From an uncultured bacterium (GTDB lineage Bacteria; Acidobacteriota; Aminicenantia; Aminicenantales; CALLJL01): 64,000 bases of DNA. Numbering within the stretch: the first letter of the stretch is position 1; the number at the start of each line of letters is the position of its first letter. The notes under the pieces are model-generated. The model had not been told where the DNA came from. It saw only the letters and a program-made list of their open reading frames with translations, and made no database searches. The stretch is taken from contig CALLJL010000019.1 of NCBI GenBank assembly GCA_938092135.1, positions 27,211-91,210 of the forward strand, written 5' to 3'. Below, in pieces: positions 50,438 to 59,356 of the stretch. The position numbers and the translations under genes are program-made.

Positions 50438-51433
50438 TTATTTTTCTTTTTTTCCAATAATTTTTTTACACATAAGATCAGCAGCTGTATAAGGATCGAT
50501 TTCACCGGCCATAATTTTTTCTACCTGGGAATCAAATTCTTTGGGCGGAAAAGCTTCCCAGAGCAGGGAAGCAAGTTTTTCCCGGATTACTTCCCGTAAA
50601 AGCCAGCCAGTGAGTTTCTTCCTGCGCCGGATAATAGATTCCTGATCTCTTTGCTGAATAAGAGCTTTTATCGTAGCCTGAAGGGTTTCAATTCCCTCAC
50701 CTTTGGTGGCGACAGTCTTCACGATGGGCGGCAAGGAATCGCCTGAACCAGCCAGCTCCAACATACTCCTTAATTGTCTTTCCGCGCGCTCGGCTTCAGG
50801 CAAATCGGCTTTGTTAAGGACAAAAAGATCACCTATTTCCATCACTCCGGCTTTAAAAGCCTGAATTTCGTCTCCAGCCTGAGGAGTTAAAATTACAGCG
50901 ACGAGGTCAGAATACCGGACGATATCAACCTCGTCCTGACCAACCCCAACAGTTTCTACAAAAATATATTTCTTGCCTGCAGCTTCAAGAATAGCGATGG
51001 CCTCGCCTGTAGCCTTGGCCAAACCTCCGAGATAACCCCTGGTGGCCATGCTTCGGATAAAAACACCCTCATCACAGCTATGGCGCATCATCCTTATTCG
51101 ATCGCCCAAGATGGCCCCGCCAGTGAAGGGACTTGAGGGATCTACCGCAATGACGCCCAATGGAATCTTCTCCTCTCTGAATTTTTCTATAAGCTGATCA
51201 ACTAAGGTGCTCTTGCCCGTTCCAGGAGCACCTGTAATTCCAATAACCACACCTTCTTTCCGCATAAGATAAATTCTCTTCATTAATTCGTCGGCCCCTG
51301 GTTCATTGTTTTCGACCAGAGAAATGGCCTGACCAATTGCTCTGGGCTCGCCCCGGCAAATGCCCGCAATAAGACCATCAAGATTCTTAGAAAAATTCTG
51401 TTCGCCTATTTTCTGGCTTAATCTTTTCGTCAT
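50438..51433 (-). CDS. meaB: Methylmalonyl-CoA mutase-associated G-protein chaperone MeaB/ArgK
   Basis: 331 aa with a GITGAPGTGKST P-loop, a DPSSPFTGGAILGDRIRM switch region and an NKAD motif. Confidence 0.85.
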   Translation of the reverse strand: MTKRLSQKIGEQNFSKNLDGLIAGICRGEPRAIGQAISLVENNEPGADELMKRIYLMRKEGVVIGITGAPGTGKSTLVDQLIEKFREEKIPLGVIAVDPSSPFTGGAILGDRIRMMRHSCDEGVFIRSMATRGYLGGLAKATGEAIAILEAAGKKYIFVETVGVGQDEVDIVRYSDLVAVILTPQAGDEIQAFKAGVMEIGDLFVLNKADLPEAERAERQLRSMLELAGSGDSLPPIVKTVATKGEGIETLQATIKALIQQRDQESIIRRRKKLTGWLLREVIREKLASLLWEAFPPKEFDSQVEKIMAGEIDPYTAADLMCKKIIGKKEK

Positions 51434-51448
51434 CTTTTTTCCTAGAAA

Positions 51449-52594
51449 TTAATATTCAGCAAGGATTTTTTGAGCAATTATCCAACGCTGAATTTCTGAG
51501 GTGCCCTCACCGATTGTGGCCAGCTTTGCATCTCGATAAAATTTTTCTACGGGATAATCTTTGGTAAAACCATAGCCGCCGAAAATTTGAACCGCCATGG
51601 ACGAGGCTCTGACAGCCAGCTCACTCGAAAAAAGTTTAGCCATGGCCGATTCCTTAGGTATCTTCTGTCCAAGATCTTCGAGATAGGCCGCCTTAAGAGT
51701 TAGTAATCGGGCAGCCTCTAGCTCGGTAAAACCATCAGCTAGCATCCATTGAATAGCCTGAAAATTAATAATTGGTTGATTAAACTGAACTCGTTGACGG
51801 GCGTAGGCTAAACTGGCCTCAAGGGCGCCAGCAGCGATACCTAAAGAAAAAGCGGCAATACTTACTCTGCCCCCGTCCAGGACAGACATAGCGGCTCGAT
51901 AACCTGTTCCCTCCGGGCCAAGAAGATTTTCAGCAGGCACCTCCACATCTTCAAAAATTAATTCGGCTGTATCGGCAGCTCTAATACCCAGCTTATTTTC
52001 TTTTTTCCCCACTTTGAACCCCTTCATCCCTTTCTCCAAGATAAAAGCTGAAATGCCATTACGGCCCTTTTCTGGCTCAGTTACGGCCATAACGACTACA
52101 ATTTGGGCAAGGGAACCATTGGTGATAAACATCTTTGAGCCATTGAGAATCCAGTAATCTCCCTTTTTTATCGCCCTTGTTTTTATGGCCGCAGCATCGG
52201 AGCCTGCTTCAGCTTCAGTTAAAGCCCAGGCACCGAGGGTCTCTCCCGAAACCAGCCGGGGTAAATATTTTCTTTTCTGGGCTTCATTACCAAATAAATT
52301 AATATGATTGCAACAAAGGGAATTATGAGCGGCCACTACCAGGCCAACGGCGGGATCAACCTTGGATATTTCTTCAAGAATAAGCACATAATCAACATTG
52401 GATAAGCCGGCTCCATTGTATTCAGAAGGAATAATAATACCGAGAAGTCCCATTTCACCAAGCTTTTGGGTTAAATTAGCCGGCCATTCGCCTTTCTCGT
52501 CACTTTCTTTAATGAGTGGCCTGATTTCCTTTTCAGCAAAATGACGGATCGTTTCTTTCAGAGCCTTTTGGTCTTCAGTTAATCTAAAATCCAT
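51449..52594 (-). CDS. Acyl-CoA dehydrogenase (short/branched-chain type)
   Basis: 381 aa with the ACAD N, M and C domains and a catalytic Glu near the C-terminus ([10 protein letters not shown]). Confidence 0.85.
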   Translation of the reverse strand: MDFRLTEDQKALKETIRHFAEKEIRPLIKESDEKGEWPANLTQKLGEMGLLGIIIPSEYNGAGLSNVDYVLILEEISKVDPAVGLVVAAHNSLCCNHINLFGNEAQKRKYLPRLVSGETLGAWALTEAEAGSDAAAIKTRAIKKGDYWILNGSKMFITNGSLAQIVVVMAVTEPEKGRNGISAFILEKGMKGFKVGKKENKLGIRAADTAELIFEDVEVPAENLLGPEGTGYRAAMSVLDGGRVSIAAFSLGIAAGALEASLAYARQRVQFNQPIINFQAIQWMLADGFTELEAARLLTLKAAYLEDLGQKIPKESAMAKLFSSELAVRASSMAVQIFGGYGFTKDYPVEKFYRDAKLATIGEGTSEIQRWIIAQKILAEY

Positions 52595-52774
52595 CTTTTC
52601 TCCTTTGCCGAAAATTTCTTTCCTTTTTCATCTTACTCAACCTCTTTCCATCCTTCAAGGCCATAAAAAAGTCATTTTAGACAATTTATAGCTCTTCTTT
52701 AAAGTCAAAAATAAGCCAGATAAAAAATGAACCGAGTTGACAGAGGAAAGTTCTTCGGTTAAAGTCTGAAAGAA

Positions 52775-53041
52775 ATGATTAGGTTTCTTTTTCTCGCTGC
52801 GCTTTTTTATCTGGCTGTTCAAATCTTCCGTTTTTTCAACAATATCAAACGTTATTCGGCTTCTTCCCCACCGCCTCGCCTCTCTGGCGTAATGGTGAAG
52901 GATGAAGTTTGTAACACCTATCTTCCCCAAGAAGAAGCGCTCAAGGAAAAGATTGATGGGAAAATTTACTATTTTTGTTCGCCCGAATGCCGCCGGCGTT
53001 TTCTAGAGGAAAGGAAGAATCGACGGATCAATCAAAAGTAA
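52775..53041 (+). CDS. YHS/TRASH-domain small membrane protein
   Basis: 88 aa with an N-terminal TM helix, then C-N-T-Y...GKIYYFCSPECRRRF (YHS metal-binding motif). The antisense ORF 52655..52930 is judged spurious. Confidence 0.55.
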   Translation: MIRFLFLAALFYLAVQIFRFFNNIKRYSASSPPPRLSGVMVKDEVCNTYLPQEEALKEKIDGKIYYFCSPECRRRFLEERKNRRINQK

Positions 53042-53312
53042 ATTTGATTTTAAAATTATCAAACTCCGCTTTATACTCTTCCCAGGTTACATCAACTTTG
53101 TCCACTCGCGCAAGAGGCGGCCCTTGCTTAAGTTTTTCCAGGAGGAGATGAAGCTTTTCCTCCTCGCCTTCGGCCACGACTTCAACGCGGCCATCAAAGA
53201 CATTTCTCACCCAGCCAGTTAGACCAAGTGATTCAGCCCACTGGCGGGTAAAATCCCTAAAAAAAACCCCCTGAACCCGACCTGATATAAAAGCATGAAA
53301 TCGACTTTTCAT
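53028..53312 (-). CDS. acyP: Acylphosphatase
   Basis: 94 aa, with the VxGxVQGVxFR signature (ISGRVQGVFFRDFTRQ). Confidence 0.8.
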   Translation of the reverse strand: MKSRFHAFISGRVQGVFFRDFTRQWAESLGLTGWVRNVFDGRVEVVAEGEEEKLHLLLEKLKQGPPLARVDKVDVTWEEYKAEFDNFKIKFTFD

Positions 53313-53355
53313 GGTCCTTTTAAATTCGGCAAATTTATATTAGCATAATTTAAAA

Positions 53356-54129
53356 ATGAAAAAAATGCTTTTAACTGTAGCTGGTTTTGATCCCTCCGGC
53401 GGAGCAGGGCTAATTCTTGACCTTCAGGTTTTCCGCTCCTTAGGCTTTCAGGGCACAGCCGTTATTACTTCTTTAACCAGCCAAAATATCCAGAAGGTGT
53501 TTGATTTTAAGCCTCTATCAGCCTCTTTTGTCCTTTCTCAATACAAAATCCTTAAAAAAGATTTTTCCTGGGAAGGAATGAAAATTGGTTTATTGGGAAG
53601 CAAATTTCTTTTTCCTGCCATTAGAGAAATTCTTGAGGACCAGGCTGGTCGTCCAAGGGTAATTGACCCTGTTTTTCGTTCAAGTTCAGGCACCTGGTTT
53701 CTAGAACCATCTTTAATTCCTTCTTTTTTAAAAACGATTTCAGGAAGAGCAACCATTATTACCCCTAATTTGCCTGAAGCTTCTTTGATGACAGGCCTGA
53801 AAATAAAATCCCTGGAAGATATGGAAAGAGCAGCCCGGATTATCTATGAAAAGACCGGAGTTCCTTCTTTGATTAAAGGAGGACATAGGCCTGGCCGAAT
53901 TTTTGATTTTCTCTATACAGGGAAAAAGGGCCGGTTTTTTGAAAGCCAGCGTCTACCCATAAGGGTTCATGGGACAGGTTGTCTTCTCTCGGCTGCCCTT
54001 GTCGCCTATCTTGTCCGCTATAAAGATCTTGAAAAAGCCTGTGCCTTGGCCCTTCGCTTTACCCGACGAGCAATTAAAAAGGCCTTTATACCAAGAAAAG
54101 GAAGAGCCATTTTTAGTTTAATTAAATAA
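53356..54129 (+). CDS. thiD: Hydroxymethylpyrimidine/phosphomethylpyrimidine kinase-like (ThiD/PdxK ribokinase fold)
   Basis: 257 aa, with LTVAGFDPSGGAGLILDLQVF, the Phos_pyr_kin N-terminal motif. Confidence 0.7.
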   Translation: MKKMLLTVAGFDPSGGAGLILDLQVFRSLGFQGTAVITSLTSQNIQKVFDFKPLSASFVLSQYKILKKDFSWEGMKIGLLGSKFLFPAIREILEDQAGRPRVIDPVFRSSSGTWFLEPSLIPSFLKTISGRATIITPNLPEASLMTGLKIKSLEDMERAARIIYEKTGVPSLIKGGHRPGRIFDFLYTGKKGRFFESQRLPIRVHGTGCLLSAALVAYLVRYKDLEKACALALRFTRRAIKKAFIPRKGRAIFSLIK

Positions 54130-54177
54130 TTCAATTTATCCTTTTATAAAATTAATCCTTTCTTTTTTCTGACTATT

Positions 54178-55233
54178 TTAATTTTTTTCTTCATTGGTAA
54201 TAATTTCATCGGCCCTGTTTAAAATATCGGCTGGAAAGGAGATGCCTTGCTTCTTTGCCGCAACCAAATTCAGATATAACTTTACTTCTTGAGGATAAAT
54301 GAAGGGGATTTTAGCCGGATCTTCTCCTCTTTTTATCCGGTCAACAAGCTGACCAGCTTCATAGCCCATGGAAAAAAAATCAAAGCCTAAGGCTGCACAA
54401 GCTCCAGCTCGGGCAGCAAGCAGAAAGCTGCCAAAAAGCGGAAGGGCATTTTCCTCGGCCACGCGGGCAATTAAAGAAAAAGCAGGATTAATGGTGTTAT
54501 CGGAAATGGGAAAAAAACAATCAATTTTTTTGGAAACCAAAATTTGGGCACCCACCAGAACATCTTGAGAGGAACTGACAGGAACAGCGAAAATCTCAAG
54601 ACCGAGCTCTTGAGCTGCCTCTTTAGCTAATTGTAAATAATATTCAGAATTTAATTCGGAAGGTGTCCAGAGAGTGCCAACTCTTTTCGCCAGGGGTAGC
54701 ACTTTTTTAATGAAAGCCAAGGTTTGGGCAATGGGTCCGGTGGAAGCCACGCCAGTCACATTGGGCAAATGATCCTCGGGAGTTCGACCAGCATTGACCA
54801 GAAAAGGATTCGCCACGGCCATAAAGACAATTGGAATTTTGCGGGTAGCAATAATGGCCGCCTGAAGACAGGGAGTCGAATGAGCGACAATTAAATCCTT
54901 TTTCTTACGGACAAAATCCTCGGCAATTTCCTGGACTTTGGGGATTTCGCCCAAGGCATTTCTCACTTCAATCTCCACTTCTTCGCTGGGCCACAGCCCC
55001 CTATCTTGAAGCGCCTGAAAGAAGCCCCTCCTGGCTTCGCTGGCCGTGATGGAATCCACAACCTGAAAATACCCAATGCGATAAATTTTCCTTTCCGATG
55101 AAGACTGACAACTAAAAAATATAAAAAAAGCAAGGTATAACAAAAGCAAGCCCAAGAATAACCGACCAAGAATAACCGATAATAACCGATTTAAATTCTT
55201 GAAGAATAGCAATTTTAACCAACAGCAATTCAT
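54178..55233 (-). CDS. ABC-transporter substrate-binding protein (PF04392 ABC_sub_bind-like), membrane-anchored, with no cognate permease or ATPase in the window
   Basis: 351 aa with an N-terminal TM or signal sequence. A periplasmic-binding-protein type-I fold follows, with IGYFQVVDSITASEARRGF and SGPIAQTLAF blocks. Confidence 0.55.
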   Translation of the reverse strand: MNCCWLKLLFFKNLNRLLSVILGRLFLGLLLLYLAFFIFFSCQSSSERKIYRIGYFQVVDSITASEARRGFFQALQDRGLWPSEEVEIEVRNALGEIPKVQEIAEDFVRKKKDLIVAHSTPCLQAAIIATRKIPIVFMAVANPFLVNAGRTPEDHLPNVTGVASTGPIAQTLAFIKKVLPLAKRVGTLWTPSELNSEYYLQLAKEAAQELGLEIFAVPVSSSQDVLVGAQILVSKKIDCFFPISDNTINPAFSLIARVAEENALPLFGSFLLAARAGACAALGFDFFSMGYEAGQLVDRIKRGEDPAKIPFIYPQEVKLYLNLVAAKKQGISFPADILNRADEIITNEEKN

Positions 55234-55319
55234 TTTTTCCTCTCAAATTTTCCATTTTTCCTCAAATAATATTTGATTGGAAAAAGTTAAATACCTCCCT
55301 CTGGCTTTAAGAGCATAAA

Positions 55320-56288
55320 TCATGGCTTTTTTTCCAAATGATTGAAAAGCCTGGGCGAAACATTACCGCCACTGACAATTAGAGCCACCTTATGACCTGC
55401 AAATTCATTTCTCCAGCTGATTAGTCCAGCCAGGGCTAAAGCTCCGGCGCCTTCCACCATACGGTTGTGTTCAAGATATATAAGATCCATTGCCTGGCGA
55501 ATAAGCTCTTCTTTGACGGTAATCACAGCCTCTACATATTGGCGACAGAGATCAAAGGTTATTGACCCAGGTTCAATTCCACCTGCTACCGCGTCAGCTA
55601 AAGTCTCCTTTTCTTCAATTCTGATTATCTGGCCAGCCTTCAAAGATGCAGCCATAAAAGCTGAGTTTTCGGGCTCCACTCCAAAAACTCGAACTGAGGG
55701 CTTGACCGATTTTATCAGCCCGGCAATTCCTGAAATAAGACCACCTCCGCCAATAGGCACTAAAATGTCTTCAACTTCAGGCCAATCCTCGAGAAGCTCA
55801 AGGCCAATTGTTCCCTGGCCATGAATAATTTCTGGATCATTGTAAGGGGAAATAAAAACTTTCCCTAACTCAGAAGCCAACTTTCGCCCATAAATCTCCG
55901 CCTCATCACAACTGCCTTGATAGGAAACGACCTGAGCCCCGGCTTCATTTAAACGCTGCCACTTATTAGCCGAGGCAGATTGAGGAAAAAGAAGTAAAAA
56001 AGGAACATCCTCCAGTTGGCAGGCTAAGCTCAGGGCTAGGCCATGATTACCTGTGGAAGCGGAGATAACTCCTTTCTTTCTTTCTTCAGGAGTTAAAGTG
56101 CGCAGCCGATTCAAAGCCCCCCTAAATTTAAAGGATCCCGTAACCTGTTTGTTTTCCCATTTAAAACGAATTTCAGCCCCTAAGGAGCGGCTCAGTTCCC
56201 TCGAAAAAGAAAGAGGCGTATGGAAGGCTTCTTTTCTGATCCTCTCCCTAGCTTCCAAAACACCTTCGGGAAAGCGGGTACCTTCCAT
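55320..56288 (-). CDS. PLP-dependent threonine/serine dehydratase (tryptophan-synthase-beta superfamily)
   Basis: 322 aa with the PLP-lysine motif TGSFKFRGALN and a G-rich loop (GGGGLISG). Confidence 0.75.
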   Translation of the reverse strand: MEGTRFPEGVLEARERIRKEAFHTPLSFSRELSRSLGAEIRFKWENKQVTGSFKFRGALNRLRTLTPEERKKGVISASTGNHGLALSLACQLEDVPFLLLFPQSASANKWQRLNEAGAQVVSYQGSCDEAEIYGRKLASELGKVFISPYNDPEIIHGQGTIGLELLEDWPEVEDILVPIGGGGLISGIAGLIKSVKPSVRVFGVEPENSAFMAASLKAGQIIRIEEKETLADAVAGGIEPGSITFDLCRQYVEAVITVKEELIRQAMDLIYLEHNRMVEGAGALALAGLISWRNEFAGHKVALIVSGGNVSPRLFNHLEKKP

Positions 56289-56390
56289 CTTTCCTCCTAA
56301 ATGGAGATTTAAAAATCATGATACGTCCTTTAAAAAGAAAAGTTAAGTTTTTAATTTGTTTTCCCCGGAAGCTTGCCTTAAAATAACTAC

Positions 56391-57329
56391 ATGCCCCAAT
56401 TTTATATCGGTCCAGCTGGTTGGAGTTATGAAGACTGGGAAGGGATTGTTTATCCCTTGCGCAAAGGGGCCGGTTTCCATCCCCTAAGCTATTTGGCCAC
56501 TTATGTCAATTTCATTGAAATCAACAGCACCTTTTATCGACAGCCAACGGTCAGCCTGTCGCTGGCTTGGTTGCGCCGGATTGCCCATGTTCCCGATTTT
56601 CTGCTGGCCGTCAAACTTTATCAGATTTTTACCCACGAAAGAAAGGATTTTACCCAAAAAGATGTAGATGAATTTAAACTGGGAATAGAGCCGCTTCGAG
56701 CGAAAGAAAGATTAGCGGCCATTCTCATTCAATTCCCCTGGTCTTTTTATCTTAATAGCGCTAACCTGGATTATCTCGTTAATCTGTTTCGGCTATTTTC
56801 AGGTTATCCTCTGGCCGTAGAGGTGCGCCATGCTTCCTGGAACCGGGAAGAATTCTTTGCCCTCCTTCGAGAATATGAAGTTGCTTTTTGTAACATCGAT
56901 CAGCCGGTAATTGATCGCTCCCTAAAACCAACAGCTATTGCCACCAGACCTGATTTTGCCTATGTTCGCCTTCATGGACGCAACTATCGCGACTGGTTTA
57001 GGGAAGATGCCGGTCGAGATGAACGCTATAACTACCTTTACTCTCAGGAAGAACTTGAGGAATGGGTAGGTCGAATAAAAAAGCTGGCCATAGCGACTGA
57101 AAAGGTTTACATCATAACCAATAATCATTTCCGAGGTCAGGCTCTGGCCAATGCTTTACAACTCCGCAATCTTTTGACAGGGGAAAAGCTTAAAATTCCT
57201 CCCCTTCTTTTAGAAAAATATCCCTTTTTAGCCGAAATTTCTCAAGAGGCGATAGGTCAAGCTTCTCTCTTTGATGAAGCTGAAAAAAGCGAAAAGGAGC
57301 AAGCCGAAAAGGAAAGGTATAAAAAATGA
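56391..57329 (+). CDS. DUF72 (UPF0759) family protein
   Basis: 312 aa, with YIGPAGWSYEDW, the canonical DUF72 N-terminal motif. Its stop overlaps the next gene's start (ATGA). Confidence 0.7.
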   Translation: MPQFYIGPAGWSYEDWEGIVYPLRKGAGFHPLSYLATYVNFIEINSTFYRQPTVSLSLAWLRRIAHVPDFLLAVKLYQIFTHERKDFTQKDVDEFKLGIEPLRAKERLAAILIQFPWSFYLNSANLDYLVNLFRLFSGYPLAVEVRHASWNREEFFALLREYEVAFCNIDQPVIDRSLKPTAIATRPDFAYVRLHGRNYRDWFREDAGRDERYNYLYSQEELEEWVGRIKKLAIATEKVYIITNNHFRGQALANALQLRNLLTGEKLKIPPLLLEKYPFLAEISQEAIGQASLFDEAEKSEKEQAEKERYKK

Positions 57330-58573
57330 AAAGAAAATGGTGGACAAATAAGTTTTTAAACTGGAAACAGGGACGTCTCTATCTCCAGACGACACCGGCC
57401 ACAGAGCTGGCAGATAAATATGGGACCCCTCTTTTTATTTATAGCCTGGAACAAATAAAAGAAAATCTTGAGAAAATCAAAGCCGCTTTTTCCCCAGCCG
57501 ATGGCTTGGAACTTAAGGTCGCCTATGCTCTTAAAGCAAATCCCCATCCAGAAATTCTGCGTTTTCTCCTTGCTCAGGGAACATGGATTGATGCTGTTTC
57601 GCCGGGCGAGGTAAAAGCTGCCTTGCAGGCCGGTTTTTCAGCCGAAAAAATAATTTATACCGGCACCTCTGTTTCTTTGGAGGACCTTAAAGAGATAATG
57701 GCTTATCCTGAAATCATAATCAATATTGATGCCCTTGAGCAGCTCAAATTAATGAAAAAAGTGCGGGCTGAATTTTATCCCGATAGAAAATATCGAGTTG
57801 CGGTTCGCTGGAATCCTGGTATCGGTCGAGGTTTTAACGCCAAAGTTACGACGGCGGGCATAAGATCACCCAATGGTTTGCCCATTAAATTTGGAATCGA
57901 GGCTAATCTGGTTGCGACCGTATATAAGGAAGCTCAACAATCTGGATTCATTCCAGTGGGTTTTCATCAACATCTTGGCTCAGGCTGGATTGGCCGCGAT
58001 TGGCCGATAGTCAGGGAAGCTGTCGAAAGGATGATCAATAAGGCAGCTGAATTAGTTCAGCTTGGCTTTAATCTTGAATTTCTCGATTTCGGGGGTGGCA
58101 TTGCTCCTCAATATGAAGAGAAGCAAAAGCCCTTTCCCATTGATAAATATGCCCGCTTCATCCAGAAAAAAATTAAAGAAAAAAAATTACCCATAAAAAA
58201 AATAGTTCTGGAGCCGGGAAAATTTTTGGTTGCCGATGCCGGTGTCCTTTTAATGAAAGTAGTTTACCTTAAAAAAAGTTATGGTAATTATTTTGTCTGC
58301 GTTAATGCTGGCACCTTTAACACTGTACCGCGACCGGCTATTTATCCTGAAGCCTATCACCACATTGTGAACTGTGTCGAAAGAAAAGGAGAAAAGAAAA
58401 GAGTGACTATAGCTGGACATCTCTGTGAAAGTGGCGACGTTTTCGCCTATGATCGGCCCATGGCCTTGCCCAAAGAAGGCGACCTGCTGGCTGTTCTTCA
58501 TGCTGGGGCCTATGGCCATTCAATGGCCTCTCGATTTAATCTAAGAGAGATTCCGCCGGAAATAATTTTATAA
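57326..58573 (+). CDS. Fold-type III PLP-dependent decarboxylase (diaminopimelate/ornithine/carboxynorspermidine decarboxylase family)
   Basis: 415 aa with a PLP-lysine block AYALKANPHPEILR, and HLGSG and CESGD motifs. Confidence 0.75.
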   Translation: MKRKWWTNKFLNWKQGRLYLQTTPATELADKYGTPLFIYSLEQIKENLEKIKAAFSPADGLELKVAYALKANPHPEILRFLLAQGTWIDAVSPGEVKAALQAGFSAEKIIYTGTSVSLEDLKEIMAYPEIIINIDALEQLKLMKKVRAEFYPDRKYRVAVRWNPGIGRGFNAKVTTAGIRSPNGLPIKFGIEANLVATVYKEAQQSGFIPVGFHQHLGSGWIGRDWPIVREAVERMINKAAELVQLGFNLEFLDFGGGIAPQYEEKQKPFPIDKYARFIQKKIKEKKLPIKKIVLEPGKFLVADAGVLLMKVVYLKKSYGNYFVCVNAGTFNTVPRPAIYPEAYHHIVNCVERKGEKKRVTIAGHLCESGDVFAYDRPMALPKEGDLLAVLHAGAYGHSMASRFNLREIPPEIIL

Positions 58574-58651
58574 AAATAATTTTATAGATTTTTGTTGGGG
58601 ATAAAAATATTTTAAAAAATCCCTAAAATACCAATTATTTAATTTAAATTA

Positions 58652-59212
58652 TCACCTCGGCTCAAAACGATCGATAAAAACAAATTTCTCTAAGGGAAGG
58701 CGTTCCGGTCTTTCCTTCTCCCAGGCGATTTGTTTCTCCGAAAGCAAGGGGCTTATTGATTCTGATTTTCGGCCAAGAATAATTAAAGTATGAACCCAGT
58801 AGTCATCTGAAAGGCCAATAACTTGCCGGACTTTCCTGGGACTGTAGCCAGCAATTGGATGGGCCACAAAACCGAGTTCGGTGGCTCTAAGAATGATAAA
58901 AGCCGTGGCCAGCCCACAATCAAAATGATGATATTCTCTAGGGCCAATAATACAGTCATCTTCCTTCCGGCTTGCCACCACAATAACTAAAGAAGCGGCG
59001 TAAGCCCATTCATTCCCTGGGGAAAGAGATGTTTTCATTTGCTCAAGCATTTGCGGGGAGCGAACAAAAATCAATCGCCAGGGCTGGTTATTAAAACAAG
59101 ATGGAGCTAATTGGGCGGCTCGAGCTAACTCCTGAATTAAAGACTCATTTATTTCGGCTAGTTCGAGCGAACGATAAGCTCTTCTTTTTTGGATAGCTTC
59201 AATTACATCCAT
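58652..59212 (-). CDS. Nitroreductase-family protein
   Basis: 186 aa. RRAYRSL is the FMN-binding N-terminal motif, and a nitroreductase fold follows. Confidence 0.7.
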   Translation of the reverse strand: MDVIEAIQKRRAYRSLELAEINESLIQELARAAQLAPSCFNNQPWRLIFVRSPQMLEQMKTSLSPGNEWAYAASLVIVVASRKEDDCIIGPREYHHFDCGLATAFIILRATELGFVAHPIAGYSPRKVRQVIGLSDDYWVHTLIILGRKSESISPLLSEKQIAWEKERPERLPLEKFVFIDRFEPR

Positions 59213-59356
59213 AATGGACCTCTCAACTTAAAATGGAAAAATTTAAATAAATTAACCTTGCTTTATTTATTCCAATGAAATTGGGTAATAATATTTGGGC
59301 AAAGATATCAAGGATAACTTCGGCCATCCCTTAATTTTTTCTTTGGCTTTCTCCCT

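Noticed and set aside
52655-52930. 91-aa ORF on the minus strand overlapping the YHS gene
   Set aside because: It has no homology, and it overlaps a plus-strand ORF carrying a clear YHS motif and a TM helix. It is judged the spurious partner.
55140-55185. Short tandem repeat AATAACCGA(c/t)… on the plus strand
   Set aside because: It lies inside the N-terminal coding region of the substrate-binding protein gene on the minus strand, with only two and a half copies. It is not a CRISPR or a regulatory repeat.
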